The translations under genes and the position numbers were made by a program. From Octopus bimaculoides (lineage: Eukaryota): a stretch of DNA of 64,000 bases. Positions within the stretch are counted from its first letter, which is position 1. The number at the start of each line of letters is the position of its first letter. Below the pieces are notes generated by a model, which searched no databases, had not been told where the DNA came from, and was given only the letters and a program-made list of their open reading frames with translations. Shown piece after piece: positions 27,046 through 40,586 of this stretch. The DNA lies in contig NC_068983.1 in assembly GCF_001194135.2 (NCBI RefSeq), forward strand, positions 143,554,325 through 143,618,324, written 5' to 3'.

Positions 27046-28159
27046 TGGGACTGTTTGAGGTAACTGTACAGTAATAATGCTTTTGAATGCAGTTCTTGTT
27101 TTATATTCCACAAATCAAGGAAAAAGTTATTCTGTCTTATGTATTTTTTAATGTCTTCCACATTCTAACTTACTGATCACCCTTACTTAAAAGTCGTTTT
27201 CCAGTTCCTGTGGTATTCTGCTATGGTTATTTAGGTCTTCTGATAGACTGTAGAGGCTCTCTTATTTTGTGTTTGCTGACACATTCTAGGTAAATGAGAG
27301 TCTATGGCCAACTAACCAGATTTTATGATATTCTGTTGCTTTACAATCCTGTGCCATGCTTACCATTTATTTATGAGACATTGTAAATTTTGGAAATATT
27401 TCTTAATACTTAACTATTCTAATTTTCACGCATATCATACCATGTGTTGGTATAGCATAGTTTCTTCTTCAGTCTTGTGGTCTAATAATTTTGATATACT
27501 ACAATATGTTAAAAGATTTTTCACAGGAAACTTAGTCATAGGAGTAAACATTTTAAAAACAGGCTATAACAAAATAAAAATAAACAAGAAATTCTATATT
27601 AGTCTCCTATATTTTATTGGCCCTCACTAAAATTTATTTGACTGTTGTAGATCATGAAAGCATAAAGTCATTAGTCAGCAGTTATTAAGTCTGTTAACTA
27701 TTTCAAAGAATTACAGTATGCTTCACTGATTTAATATAGTACAGCAAAAATAAAATCTCGACTCTTTAACCAACTGATTTTATCAAGTTTTCAATCTTAA
27801 ATTAATCATCTGAGGCTCCATCATCTAGTGTTGGGCAAATTTCACTTTTGTAAGTTGACAAATACCAGAGAAGTCATTGAAATAGTTTAAATATTTTTCT
27901 GATGTATAAACATCAAAAAATCTCCAATTTGCTTAAATAATCGTTTTAATGGCAATGATGACATTTTGGAAGAAACTGTTTGATGGGTTTGTGAAGTGTA
28001 ACATCTTTGATCTTGCAAAAATAATCTTGCCATAAAAAGGTCTTTTGTTTTATTACTGATTTTTATATTGTAGTGTAACTATGAAATTGCAGGATTATTG
28101 AATGAGTGTCATGTATTTAATTAATAGTATGCTGCAATAGCAGAATACATATATATATG

Positions 28160-30065
28160 TACATGGTGCAGCAGCATTATAGTCAACTCCTACAAAGAGA
28201 AAGGTGATATCTCAGACAGAAATAATTAGAGCTATCAAATTGCTGGACCAGGTCATGAAAGTTACAGAAAGGGCGATAGCTCAACTAATTAAGAAGAAAG
28301 TTAACCTAGATGAGATGCAGTTTGGTTTTGTGTCAGGGAAAAGCACTACTGATGTTATCTCCCTTGTAAGGCAACTGCAGGAGAAGCACTTAGCAAAAAA
28401 GTAAAAACTGTTATAGTTGGCATTTGGAGAAAGCTTTTGACAAGGTACCTCACTCATCTGGTAGTCCAAGCCATGTACAGGGATGCTGTCAGTAAGGTGA
28501 AAGTTGGCATTGAGTACTGTGACAAATTTAGTGTGCAGGTATGAGTTCATGAAGGATCGATTCTTAGCCTCCTCTTGTTAATCATAGTCCTACAGGCCAT
28601 AAGTGAAGAATTTAAAACTGGTTTCCTTTGAGAGCTCTTCTTATAGCTGAATTTCTATTTGAGAAGAAATCTCAGGTGTAGAAGCAAGGGCTGGAATCTA
28701 AGGGCCTTAACGTTAATTTAGCAAAGATCAAATTACTAGTAAGCAGGAAAAGAAAACAGACAAATTATTAATCCCTTCATGGAAATGGTTCTGTTCAACA
28801 TGTAGAAAACGTGTAGGTAAAAATTCTATTTGGTGTATCCAGTGCAAGCTATGGATGCATAAAAGGTGCAGTGGAATCACAGGAAGATTAACAAAAAAAA
28901 AACTAATCTTTGTGTATGGTAGATTTACAGGAAATAGATTTCCTCAAATGTGCAAAGGAATTCTTAGAGGTAGTAGATAGTTTTCATTACATTGGTCACC
29001 AAATTAGCAATGACGGAGATAGTGCTAAAAGCATAGTTGCTTGAATAAGAACTAGCTGGGCAAACTCCAGAGAGCTGTTACCTTATTTGGTAACAAAAGG
29101 CTTCTCCTTCAGAGTGAAAGGCTGACTCTATGATGCCTGTGCATAGACAGCTATGATTCACAGCAGCACAACATGAGCTGTGTCTGCTGAGGACATGCAA
29201 AGGCTTGATGGAAATAAAGCCAGCATGCTCTGCTGCATGTGCTGTGCTAGTGTGCATGTACAACAAAGTGCAAATGTTTTAAGAAAGAAATTGGACATAA
29301 GAGGCATCAGTTGTAGTGTGCAAGAGAGAAGACTGCACTGGTTTGGTCATGAATGTGTATGGATGAGGACACTGCACAAGGAAGTGCCAATCTCTAAATG
29401 TGGAGGGGACCTGTGGAAGAGGAGGACCCAGGAAGAGGTAGGATAAATGAAAGATCATTGAGCCTCACAGTGGAAATGAAGGACCAAGGCAACTGGCAAT
29501 ATGCTGTGTTTGAGAAAACCCACCTGGCAAAGTAAAATCCATGTCCATGACCCCCTCATATGTCCACCTACCTACATGCATGCAGTATGCCTTGTTAAAT
29601 TCCTTCTCCACCTCTAGCTCCTACTCTCATTTTGAAATCTTGTGAACTCACCTAACTACCCACCATCTCAAATCCCTTGTCCACTCCACTATATACACCA
29701 CCCTGTAACTTGACTGTATGGTCCCTATCTCCTCTCTGTCACATCTTTACCATCTTTCTCTCCTCTCTCTTTTTTTCCATTTGAGGAAGCCATGTCTCTC
29801 TCCTAATGCAAAACACCTTTTAATACTACAGCCCACATTTGAAGAGTCTTGTCCTGCAAGTTACTTGATAACCTCACTGTTGCCTGTGTCATGTAAAAAG
29901 CACCTGTTACCGTCTTTAAAGTGGTTGGCATTAGGAAGGACATCTAGCCATACAAACCATGCCTAAACAGACTGCAGGGCTTGATGTAGTCTTCTGACTT
30001 GCCTGTTCCTATCAAACTGTCCAACTGACATGGGAAATAGACGTTAAATAATGATGATGATGATA
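28160..30065 (+). mobile_element. Decayed RTE-type LINE of the same family (RT plus 3' UTR to the (GAT)n tail)
   Basis: IKLLDQVMKV...DEMQFGFV.GKSTTD (ORF 28204..28404), CIQCKLWMHKRC and ERRLHWFGH (ORF 29180..29446). Confidence 0.85.
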
Positions 30066-33000
30066 TATACATAATTTAAAACTATGTCAGTAGTATGACC
30101 TAAATACACTCTTGCTATATATATGTGCTTTCAAGTATGTAGCAGACTATATTCTGATTAACCACTGTGTGTACAAGTGTGTGTGTGTATAAGTTGCACA
30201 CTATGAATATATCCTCCTGATTTATATGTTTATAAGTACGTGTGTAGCATGTACTTGATACAGTAATAGTATTGGACAAATATTAAGTGATAAATACTGA
30301 TTAATTAAATAAATGCCGTACATCTAATTGGCATTGTACTACAATTATAAATGATACAGAATATACATATCAAATAGGGGCAGTTTTACAATGTATCACA
30401 TTGTATCTTGCTTTTAAAACTTAGGTAATTAATATGTAGATGTTTAATGATATAAGTAAATAAAAGCTGATCTTTTGAGTTGTATGTCCATCAGTCAGCT
30501 AACAGTGTGTCAATGTTTACATAAAGTATGCAGTGTTTATGAAAGAACTAAGCAGATATTGCTGCCTAAAAGATATAATATAAATTTTTAATATATGATG
30601 GTAGTAAGGAAATAGTTGAAAATTGAAGAGAGAAAAAACAGTTGAGATAGAAGCATTTGTAGGAAACTGGTCTAGCTGTGACTGTTGCTAGGTTAGAAAT
30701 GGCAGTTAAACAAATTAGAGTACATTATTTTAAAGACCTGTGACTGTAGCAGGAAGTTGTCAAGAATTTATATTTGTTAAGGACTATAAAGCAGAACAAA
30801 ATAATTTATGCCAACAGAGAAAAATATAACTTTGATGAATCTAATAACAGTAATAATAATTTCTAACATCGGTATTGATTACATATCTGGAAGGGAATAT
30901 AATCCATTACATCAACCCCCAGTGCTTGCCTTATACATGCTTTACTGATCACAGAGGGACAAAAGTCAAAACTGACTTTAGTGGGATTTGAACTCAACAT
31001 ATATTATCATAACTAAAGAAAGCAAAGCATTTGATCTTTTTAATGTAATTATAATAATAACAGAGAAATATTAGCTTTTTAGTGATCTCATGCGTGTGGA
31101 TGGTCTTAAGTTGCACGTAAAATATGAGTAGAGGCGGTGAGACATTCTGAAAATGGTAAAAATGTACATCAGAATAGAATTAGAGCTTGACAATTGTGTC
31201 AAAATGAATTAGAGCTTGACAACTGTGTCAAAAGGATATTCAAAACAGTTAAGCTGGTTGAGTTTAGAAAAAGTTATAATGAGGAACAAGACTACCATAA
31301 AAATCATTGATCAGAATAAGGTGTATAAATATTTTGCCATTCATCAATTTAATGAGATCCAGCACAGCAAGATAACTGAGATCATTACATAAGAATACTA
31401 TTGCACAAATACATGTAGTCCATAAGCCAGAGCTGGCTTATTAAGATAAGATTATTACAATGATTATTTCAATTACAACACTAATGTACAGACCTGGTAA
31501 CACTGGCACTTTAAAAACCCCAACTGTTTCTTTCTTGCTACTCTTTCTACAATGAAGTAGATCTGTTACTGGACTACAAGTTCATAGGTCTGGAGTTCAA
31601 ATCCATTGCACATGTACTGATATATATTTGGGTAGCTAAAATAATTTAATATGTCTCAGTTTGCACAGTGATAGAAATTGGGTTCTAGAACATCCAAGAA
31701 TATTATTTATAATAGATTGGTGTGTTATCTAAAGGTGGGGAACCATGTCCTATCTGTCTCATGAAACCAGAAATCAGAACTATGTGTTGACACTTAAAAG
31801 TCACTAAATAGCTGAGATAACAGTTTAATTTTGTCATATATTTTAGTTCCATAATATATATGTAGAAACTGCTTGCAGTCCTGAAAAAGAGATACACTAT
31901 TAATCCAATAAATCCATAAGTGAGAAAGTTAGTACATGGGAAAATTATGATGTGAGCAATAATCCAGAAAAAGTAGTTGTGAACAAAACAGACTAGATAT
32001 GATGGCATCATGTACTGTAGTTTTCTGAAAGTTAATCGCTCTAGATAAAACTTGACTGTTGCAAGTGTCTTTAAAAAACATTTCTTTTCTTTATTTTTCT
32101 AATTCAATGCAAGGGTTACACTTGGTTGAACATTTCTTTTAGAAAAGTTATTTATGTACTAATTAGGAGAATGCAGGTGGTTGATGTCAAGAAATGACAC
32201 CCTTATGTGACAAGAACATGTAACTATCTAAAGCCCCAGTCAACATAACTGTAAATAGGACATATAAGTTAGTAACAGCTCATTGCTGCTCATAAGAGTA
32301 GCAGTCTACTGTAAAACCAGTGAGTGCTTTGTATTCTTGTGGATATGACATGGAGAGTAGTTGGTGTCACAGAATACTGGTATTGTAAATCAGCAATTCT
32401 CAAATGGGAGGCATTTGGTTCCCAGAGGAGGAATTTTAACCAGGGGAAAATTGAAGAGGAATTTCTGTCAAAGAAGGATCTCCAAACTAGAAAAGAATGT
32501 GCTGTGTGTGTATATGCATATATATATATTTATATATATATATATATGAGAAAAGATCGAGTTCTATCTCATCCTTTACTTGGGGGGGGGGGGCGAGGTT
32601 CCAAATGTAGATTTCTAATAAAGATCCGTCATATTACATTGGTAGCATACTATTGTAAGTATTTTTTTAATATGAAAATGTTACAAGTATAATGTGTGTT
32701 ATGAGCATTTATAAAACATTTATTCAATAGAAACTCAACAAACAATTAAAGATGAAGAAGAGAAGGTGTTAAAAGTTTTTTAAAATTTCAATCCATGCAT
32801 ACAATTGTTTCGAACGGTAATATTAACATGTAAATAACATGGTAAAAAAATCAGAAATTAATCTAATTATAATTATAATTAAATTATTTACATATTACTG
32901 TTCTCCTCGGTGCGAAAAAGAATACATCTGCAGAATATTATATTGTTACAGAAGGCTAGATGGAGTGAGTGTCACATAACATATTCGGATAGGCATAATA

Positions 33001-35165
33001 TGCTTATAAAAGATTAAAAAAACATGCTAAGCTACTGTTGAGTCTAGTTGTGTATGAACTATAACTGATGTGGCTAATGGTTGTTTGAAAATATAAGTGA
33101 AAAATGTTTAAGAAACACTCTCTCTGTTTGAAGATAAGTAATTAAGTGATATACATTCTATATGAAGCATTTATCATAAGAAGTAAAATATAATATATAT
33201 TTATATATATATAATACACACATGCACACACACACATATATAAATAAATAAGCATCCAATGGGACAGCATAGCTATATTTAAATTCATATTTGATTTTGA
33301 CAGTTATGAGTGGTATATAATGAAAATAAAGTATGGTGTATATTAAAAGAAATTGTTTTAAAAATTCTTTGAATAAGAAATATGAATAGTTAATATAATC
33401 TTATATAAGTTACTTGAATTTCAAACGAAAAAAAAGATTTAGGGTTGTGAGGGAGTAATTAAGTTAATATAATGAATGGGAAGAAAGATTTATTATTCGT
33501 TAAAAAGCATTATATTCATTTTTGTGAAATAAGTCTAAGAGGAAGGACTAAAAAAAAGAGGAATAGTAGTTAATATTACAGAATTGAGAAAGAAAATACT
33601 TGCTCTGGTTAAAATTATTAAAAAAGAACATGGTGATAATAAAAAAAAAGCGTTTTTGAAAGGTTGAGTATGGTAACAGTGTAGGGGAGATAAGGCTATT
33701 CATAAAGATTTTTCGAAAAATTTCACGTTTATATTTTAATGTTAACTTTGTTAGATATTAAAAAATTACTATATAAATTGAGAATCTAGTTTTGCATAAA
33801 AGAGGTAAAAATCCGTAGTGATATTTTTATAAATAATTTTCTAACTTATATAACATAAAAATCTGTTGTGATATATGGCAAAAATCCTTAGTGATATTTT
33901 TATAGATAATTTTGTTGTGCACCCAAAATTACTATAAGTATAAGCATATATCATCTGTAAGATTTTGATTAATATCAAGTAGATTTGTAAGAAACCCTAA
34001 ATAAAAAAATAAAAAAATAAAAAAATAAAAAAGTTGGGATAGTTAAGAGAGGTAGTTTCTTTTTAAAAATACATATACAAATGGAATAGGTTATGAATAA
34101 GAAGGAAGAAAAGAGGGGAAAAAGATAATGAAAAAAGATATACAAGGGCAAAATAGTCACTGAAATAGTATTAAAAGGTATTTGCATATATCAATAGCAA
34201 AAAATAAAATATATCATACAAATCAGCAATAGGAAATTATGATTGTAATAGTAACAATATTTAGAATAGGTGAGAGAGGAGTATATCTAAGTACTTATTG
34301 TAAAAGAAATAGATTACAAACAAATAATGTATATATACATGTATATTAAGTAAAGGTTCAAAAATAGTCAAAAATATATATTGAGGAAAAAAAGGGGAAG
34401 GTATATGAATATTTGGTATAGGTGTGATATTAATGGGGGGTAGGGGTGAATAATATATGAATAACTAAGAAGTGTAAGATAATTAATGTAGAGGGTATTA
34501 TAGAATAGAAATCTGATGCCATAGATCGGAATAATGTAGAGAGAGGTATTATGGAAAAAACTAAATTATAAGGAGAAGGAATAAGAGAAAAGTAGTTAAG
34601 GTAGGGTTGTGGAAAGATTATTTAAGATTAATAAAAAGGAATTTTGATATTTGTCTACAACAAAAACTTTTTCATCTCTTGAATTAACAAGAAAACCGTT
34701 CATTTTCATTATTTTTTAACTTTCCTCTAGGCATAATTTGTAGATCTTGTTATTATGTCTATAAGATGGAGCTGAAGAAAGTTCCAAGAAATTGAGTAAT
34801 CTATATTGCTTCTTTTAAGTTGCCAAACCTTTTTTGATAAACATGTGCTATTTTCTTTTCTAGGGTCATTAAAAGATGATTTATGATTATTTATTATATA
34901 TATATAATGAAATGCCAGTTTACACAACTATAAGGGGTAATCACAATAATTTGCAAAAAGAAAAAAAGAAAAAAACTACTGCTTCAGAGTTAATCCCATT
35001 TGGAACTATTCAATTATTATTATTATTATTGTTATTATTATTATTATTATTTTGTGTAGCCAACAAGTGGAGGGATATCGAGGTAAAGGAAGATCTGTCC
35101 TTAGGTATAAGGATAAGTTGAAGCAATCACTAAAATTTCTACAGCTAAATTCAACATCTTGGGAA

Positions 35166-35788
35166 AGTCATTAAGGTGGTAGCTGACAGAATCTCTACTG
35201 TGTGGGACAAAATGCTCAGCAGCATTTTTTTCAGTTTTATCTTCTTTTGTGTTCAAATTCCATCAAGGTCAATTTTGCCTTTCATCCTTTTGGAGTCAAT
35301 AAAATAAGTATCAGTTAAACACTGTGGTCGATGTAATTGACTTATCCCCTTCCCTGAACTTGCTGGCCTTGTATCAAAATTTGAAACCATTATTATTTAG
35401 GAAGGGCATCCAGCTGTAGAAACTCTGCCAAATTAGATTGGAGCCTGGTGTTGCCATCCGGTTTCACCAGTCCTCAGTCAAATCGTCCAACCCATGCTAG
35501 CATGGAAAGCAGACGTTAAATGATGATGATGATGATGATGATGATGATTATTATTATTATTACTGAAGGCAGTGAACTGGCAGAGTCGTTAGCATGCCAA
35601 GCAAAATGCTTAGCAGCATTTCATCCATCTTCATGTTCAGAGTTCAAATTTCTCCGAAGTTTCAGGGTCAATGAATTTCTCCAAGGTTTCAGGGTCAATA
35701 AGTTAAGTACAAGTCAAGTACTGGGGTTGATGTGATCAATTATCCCACTCCCCACAAATTCCAGGCCTTGTGCCTACAGTAAAAAGGA

Positions 35789-35837
<49 letters not shown>

Positions 35838-36046
35838 GGCAGCGAGCTGGCAGAATTGTTAGCACACTGGGTGAAATGCTTAGTGATATTTCATCTGTCA
35901 CTACATTCTGAGTTCAAATTCTGCTGAGGTTGACTTTGCCTTTCATCCTTTCAGGTGTGATAGCTTAAGTACCAGTTACGCACTGGGATCAATGTAATCG
36001 ACTAGTCTCCTCTCCCCAAATTTCAGGCTTTGTGTCATTTGTAGGT
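35166..36046 (+). mobile_element. Chain of three SINE A copies and one RTE 3'-end fragment (35400-35550), joined by (ATT)n/(GAT)n
   Basis: Heads at about 35175, 35568 and 35838. The RTE tail motif GGAAGGGCATCCAGCTGTAGAAAC...GACGTTAAA(TGA)n lies between the first and second copies. Confidence 0.85.
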
Positions 36047-36975
36047 GAGCAGGTGTGGTCGCCATTTGTTGAACATGCTTTTCTGCAGCTCGTCTCCTTG
36101 ACAGAGCCACAGTCCTTGATCAGGCATAGACCTAGAGTATCTCCGAGCACTCATGGCCCTCAGCCAGTCAGGCAATGTGGTCAGTGGAAGTTCCACCTTG
36201 GAGTTCTATAGGGGATTAGTGGAGGGCAAGAGTGATGACATACTTGGAGAGGTCCTGGGTGTCGAGGAGGATCAACTGGCTGGTCTCTTCCAGAGGACTT
36301 TCAGGCCGGGAACTATGGATAACTTTCATAAATTTCTGGCCTGGCAGTGCTACCGAGGGGCGCTGCCAGTTCAGGATAAGCTCTACAGTCACGGGTGTGC
36401 AGTCAGTCAGTCTGAGATGCACGCAGAGCAATGAAACCGTTCTGTATGCTCTAGTACACTACCCGCACATTGGTGACTTGTGGAGCTTTGTCAAACAGTT
36501 GTTGTTGCATGTAAGATGGATCCAGCTATCATCCGAGTCCATTGTGAAGATCACTCTGCCTCCTTCCTTTGGCCGAGAAGGGAGGGCAATTTTTCTCTGT
36601 CTGGTGGCTATGGCAAAAGAGATTGTGTGGTGCCTTCCTCTTTGGCCAAGGCCTCATTAACTTTTTCAGGTTCCACCTGAAAAGGAAAGTGAGGCTGGAG
36701 AGGGAGTTCATTGAAAGGTGGGTGAATGTGGCAAGAATGGCCCACGTGAATGGGCTTACTCTAAGTGTGTGCCTGTAGGCCAGAAGGAAAGGAGAAGAAA
36801 GGGTACCTTCCTGAGGAGCCATTGGTGCTAAGGGGTCCAAAGTGCATGAGGTCTCTTTGGTCACCTTATGGTGGAACTCCCCCCCTATTGGGGAAGCATA
36901 TTGTTGATTTAATCTCTTTGTTAATCGTGTTTGTTGGCTGTTTACACATTTAACCTCACTGTCCCTCGTCTGTGT
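36047..36975 (+). mobile_element. L1/Tx1-like LINE 3' fragment
   Basis: LAWQCYRGALPVQDKL, a C-x2-C...ETVL(H)AL..(C)P zinc-knuckle remnant and FFRFHLKRKVRLERE...ERW in ORFs 36153..36778. Confidence 0.7.
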
Positions 36976-37204
36976 ATAGTCCTCTATGTTTTGTGTTCAG
37001 CCCTGGTGGCTAGTAAAGAAAGAATTATTATTTTTATTATTATGATTATTATTATGATCATGATCATCATCATCATTAGATTCTCTTCTTTCAATTTTGT
37101 TTCCATCTCTTGCTTAGTGTATTCCCAGTTCCTAAAGCAAAGAATCTCATTGTATACATTGACGGGCCCTTAAAATAAATACATCAGATTGTTTATTTGT
37201 GTGA

Positions 37205-37468
37205 AGGCACATGGCCTAATGGTTAGAGCAGTGAACTTGCAGTCGAGGGATTGCGGGTTCAAATCTCAGACTGGGTGATGTGTGCGTTTATGAAAGAAAC
37301 ACCTAAGCTCCATGTGGCTCTGGCAGGAAGTAATGGCAAAATTCTGCTGATTCTTTCGCCACAACTTTCTCTCACTCTTTCCTCTTACATCTAGCAGCTC
37401 ACCTGCAATGGACCACCGGCCCTTATGAGCCAGGCATGGCTGGAGAAGGAACAAACAACAACAACAAT
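37205..37468 (+). mobile_element. SINE related to family D with a different 3' half
   Basis: GGCACATGGCCTAATGGTTAGAGCAG head, GGTTCAAATCTC B box, shared core and (CAA)n tail. Confidence 0.75.
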
Positions 37469-39334
37469 ATTGTTCATTTACAAAATCAAATAAAGTTATG
37501 TAGAGAAAAATTATTTACATGGATGATAATCGTTCTCACAGTGACCATGCTCTTCTCAATACATATGGCATATTATTATTATTATTATTATTATCATTAA
37601 GGCTGTGAAATATAGAAGTGGTAAAGTGACAGACTAAATGCTTTATAGTATTTAGTTATGTCCCTTTGCTTTATGAATTTAAATTCTAATGAAATTTGCA
37701 TTGCAACTAAAATTTTATCTCTCTCTTAACATGTGTGGTCTTATTCCAATCTAAAAAAATTATTTGTATTATTGATAGAGTTTGGAATTGAAGAAACGGT
37801 AGGGTTCCATTACTTAACTACTGCAGTAACCAAGTTCTCTTATGTACTGGATTCAAATCATGCAGAGTTGACAATACCTCTAATCCCTCTGGAGTCCACT
37901 ACATAAATATCAGGCATGTTCTAGTGTTCATTCAGTGACTGATTTTCCTTGTCCTGCCTTGTGCTTATCAAATCATCATCACCACAATTATTATCATTGC
38001 ATCACCATCATCATCATCGTCATCATCATTATTATTGTTTGAAAATTTTTCATTTTATAGGTTTGCAGGATATACAAAAGAAAGTAAGCTATTTAATTTC
38101 AGTTTTGAAGCTTTGGGTCAAGCTTAAATAAATAAACTATTTTCTTTTTTTTTATGGCTTTTGCTACTTTTTCATTTTTTTTTTTTTAATATTTACTGGT
38201 TTTGAATATTTTTTAAAAATGCAAGATGGGAAAATTGGCACAAATGACCAAAAGCTGGTTAGTTTGCTTTAGCTTGGTGCTACATGGTCCTGAGTTAAAA
38301 TCTTATGGGATCATACTAGCAAAATAAGTAACAGTGATATACTGAGGTGGTATATATCAACTATTTTTCTTTACAAAAGGAATTTGAGGGAGAAAAATGG
38401 GAATATATCTCAGCAACATTTTGGTTGATTGAAGTCTAAAAACTTTTATGTCACTTGTTAAGAATTTCTGAGGAATGCTGTTCTGTTTGGGTTTTGATAT
38501 ATTTTTGATGTTCAAGAAAAAGAGAATATTGTTTTTGACTTGTCGGTGGTAACTAAAGAGATGAAAACTTAATGGAAGTGAATTTCATAAAGAAGTAAAT
38601 AATGGATTGGATAGAGTGATGAAGAGAGAGAGAGAGAGAGAGACAGGCAGACAGAGACTAGTTGGTAGGAAGTCAGATGTTGTAAATATTTTGAAGTGAA
38701 TGGGAAGCTGGAGCAGTAAGTTGACAAAGAGCAGAGTTTGTTTTAAATAGAGAGTTGAGAGACAGAGAAGACAGTTCATGCTGGTTAAGAGGCTAGAATG
38801 TGGATATTGTTGTTTATTAATTTAGAGAATGTGTCACCATGTTTCTATGGTGAAAACTTTGGTGAACAGAATGTATGTATGAGTGACAACAAAGGTGGAG
38901 TGCTAAAGATCACTGAAAAACATCTGGATATATAAAGGTGTTGGTTGATGTGGGCAAGAAATAGGGATATACTGTAAATGGATTACACTGGCTGAGTAGA
39001 AAAAGTTTGTGTTGACATTAGAAACTACTCAAGGAAGAGAAAGACAAGGAAGACAAACCATAGAAAGAATTGGTGAAGTGAGATGTGAGGATGTTGAACA
39101 ACACAGATTCAAGAGTAGCAATAATATGACCAATTGCAGCCTTGCCTGACCCATTCTAACTGATGATGATAACTTGATTTGATTATTGTGATTGTTCTAG
39201 AACTAGGTATATAACATTAAAAAGTCCTATGACAAGATTTGATTTGATCTTGGGGTTGCAAATAAACCAATTTATCAAATTGCACATAATTTTCTAGTAA
39301 ATTTTGTCTTCTATAACCGACACCAGCACCACCC

Positions 39335-39373
39335 TCTCTCACTCTCTCACCTCTCTCTCTCTCTCTCTCTCCC

Positions 39374-39447
<74 letters not shown>
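39335..39447. repeat. (CT)n microsatellite
   Basis: Direct. Representative of many (TA)n, (CA)n, (CT)n, (ATT)n, (GAT)n and (GATA)n arrays in the window. Confidence 0.95.
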
Positions 39448-39450
<3 letters not shown>

Positions 39451-39771
39451 CCGATATTTTTGCTGTTTTATAGAAAGACAAAATGTAGTCAACTGCCTAG
39501 TTGAAGATCTGTTACAACATCAATGTTAACTGTCTATCTGATAGGCTGTTACCAATCTCTCTTAGCTTAAATTCTTGCTTGCTTGGCAAAGTGATGTGTT
39601 TTTACTTGGTGATTCAGATAAAGGGGTAAGTTAAATAGTTAAATTGCAGTTTTCAAAGACTTTTGCTGTAAAACTTTAAACAAATGTAAATCTAGTTCTG
39701 TATTTGAGAGATCAGGAATTATGTACATTATTTACATTTGACGGATATTTGTCCTCATCTTGTTTGTTGTT

Positions 39772-39817
39772 AACACAACGTTTCGGCTGATATACTTTCC
39801 AGCCTTCCTCAGGTGTC
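39772..39817 (-). ncRNA. Minimal type I hammerhead ribozyme motif (intact core)
   Basis: Minus strand reads GACAC CUGAGGA A GGCUG gaaaguauau CAGCC GAAA C GUU GUGUU. It has the CUGANGA and GAAA cores, a 5-bp helix II, a 5-bp helix I (GACAC/GUGUU) and a palindromic AACGUU helix III. Confidence 0.7.
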
Positions 39818-40027
39818 TTGGGAAAATTTTGAACCTGGGTTCTCAATCATAAGGTATTTTTTGATGTTATTATTCAGGTCACCAGGCATATGGCATAGTG
39901 GTTAAGAGCGCTGGCTACTAACCCCAAGATTCCGAGTTCATTTCCAGGCAGTGACCTGAATAATAATAATAATAATAACATCGAAAAATACTTTAGGAAT
40001 GAGAACTCAGGTTTGAAATTTCCCCAA

Positions 40028-40070
40028 GACACCTGATGAAGGCTGGAGAGTATATCATTCGAAACGTGTT
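40028..40070 (+). ncRNA. Degenerate copy of the same hammerhead motif
   Basis: GACAC CTGATGA A GGCTG gagagtatat CATTC GAAA C GTGTT. Helix II is mutated (CATTC for CAGCC) and there is a 3-nt deletion at the cleavage site. Confidence 0.55.
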
Positions 40071-40586
40071 AACAACAGACAGGATGAGGACAAATATCCA
40101 TCAAATGTAAATTATGTAAATCTGTCTTGTTATTCTCTTCACACACAGAAAAATAAAAGAGATTGACCACACATCAGAAGACAAGTACCTCCTCATCCTT
40201 TTACTCACAAAGAAAACTTATAGCAATCACTGATTAAATCAAATACAAAAAGAACTTTGCTGTAATGGCTAGACTAATTTGTGACTTATGCATTTGTCAA
40301 CAACATGATTAAATAATTAGTAAATATTTATGCACAAACAACACATACTAGAAAGCCAAAGATAAACATAAAATAGTTGAGCTATTTTAACCCTTTTGAT
40401 ACCAACTCCACCATTGTTAATGTCCAATACTAGCCATGGAATGGGAATAACACTAGCTCTACCTATACTCAATCACCATTTCTACCATAATCTATCTCTC
40501 CAGCTGAGCATTAGGGTCGATGTATTTGACTAGCCCTCTCCCCTAAAATTTCAGGTGTTGTGCCTTCAGTAGAAAGAATTATTTAA

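Larger units (their letters stand above)
39722..40117. mobile_element. Non-autonomous element: ~160-bp inverted arms around a tRNA-like head, each arm carrying a minimal hammerhead ribozyme motif (Penelope-like/retrozyme-like)
   Basis: The reverse complement of 39722-39883 aligns with 39950-40117 (about 85-90% by eye). A-box TGGCATAGTGG at 39891-39901 and B-box-like GAGTTCATTTCC at 39934-39945 lie between the arms. Confidence 0.8.

Noticed and set aside
39885-39956. Possible tRNA gene
   Set aside because: It has A and B boxes but no complete cloverleaf acceptor stem or T-run terminator, and it is fused to a repeat tail. The same applies to the other SINE heads.
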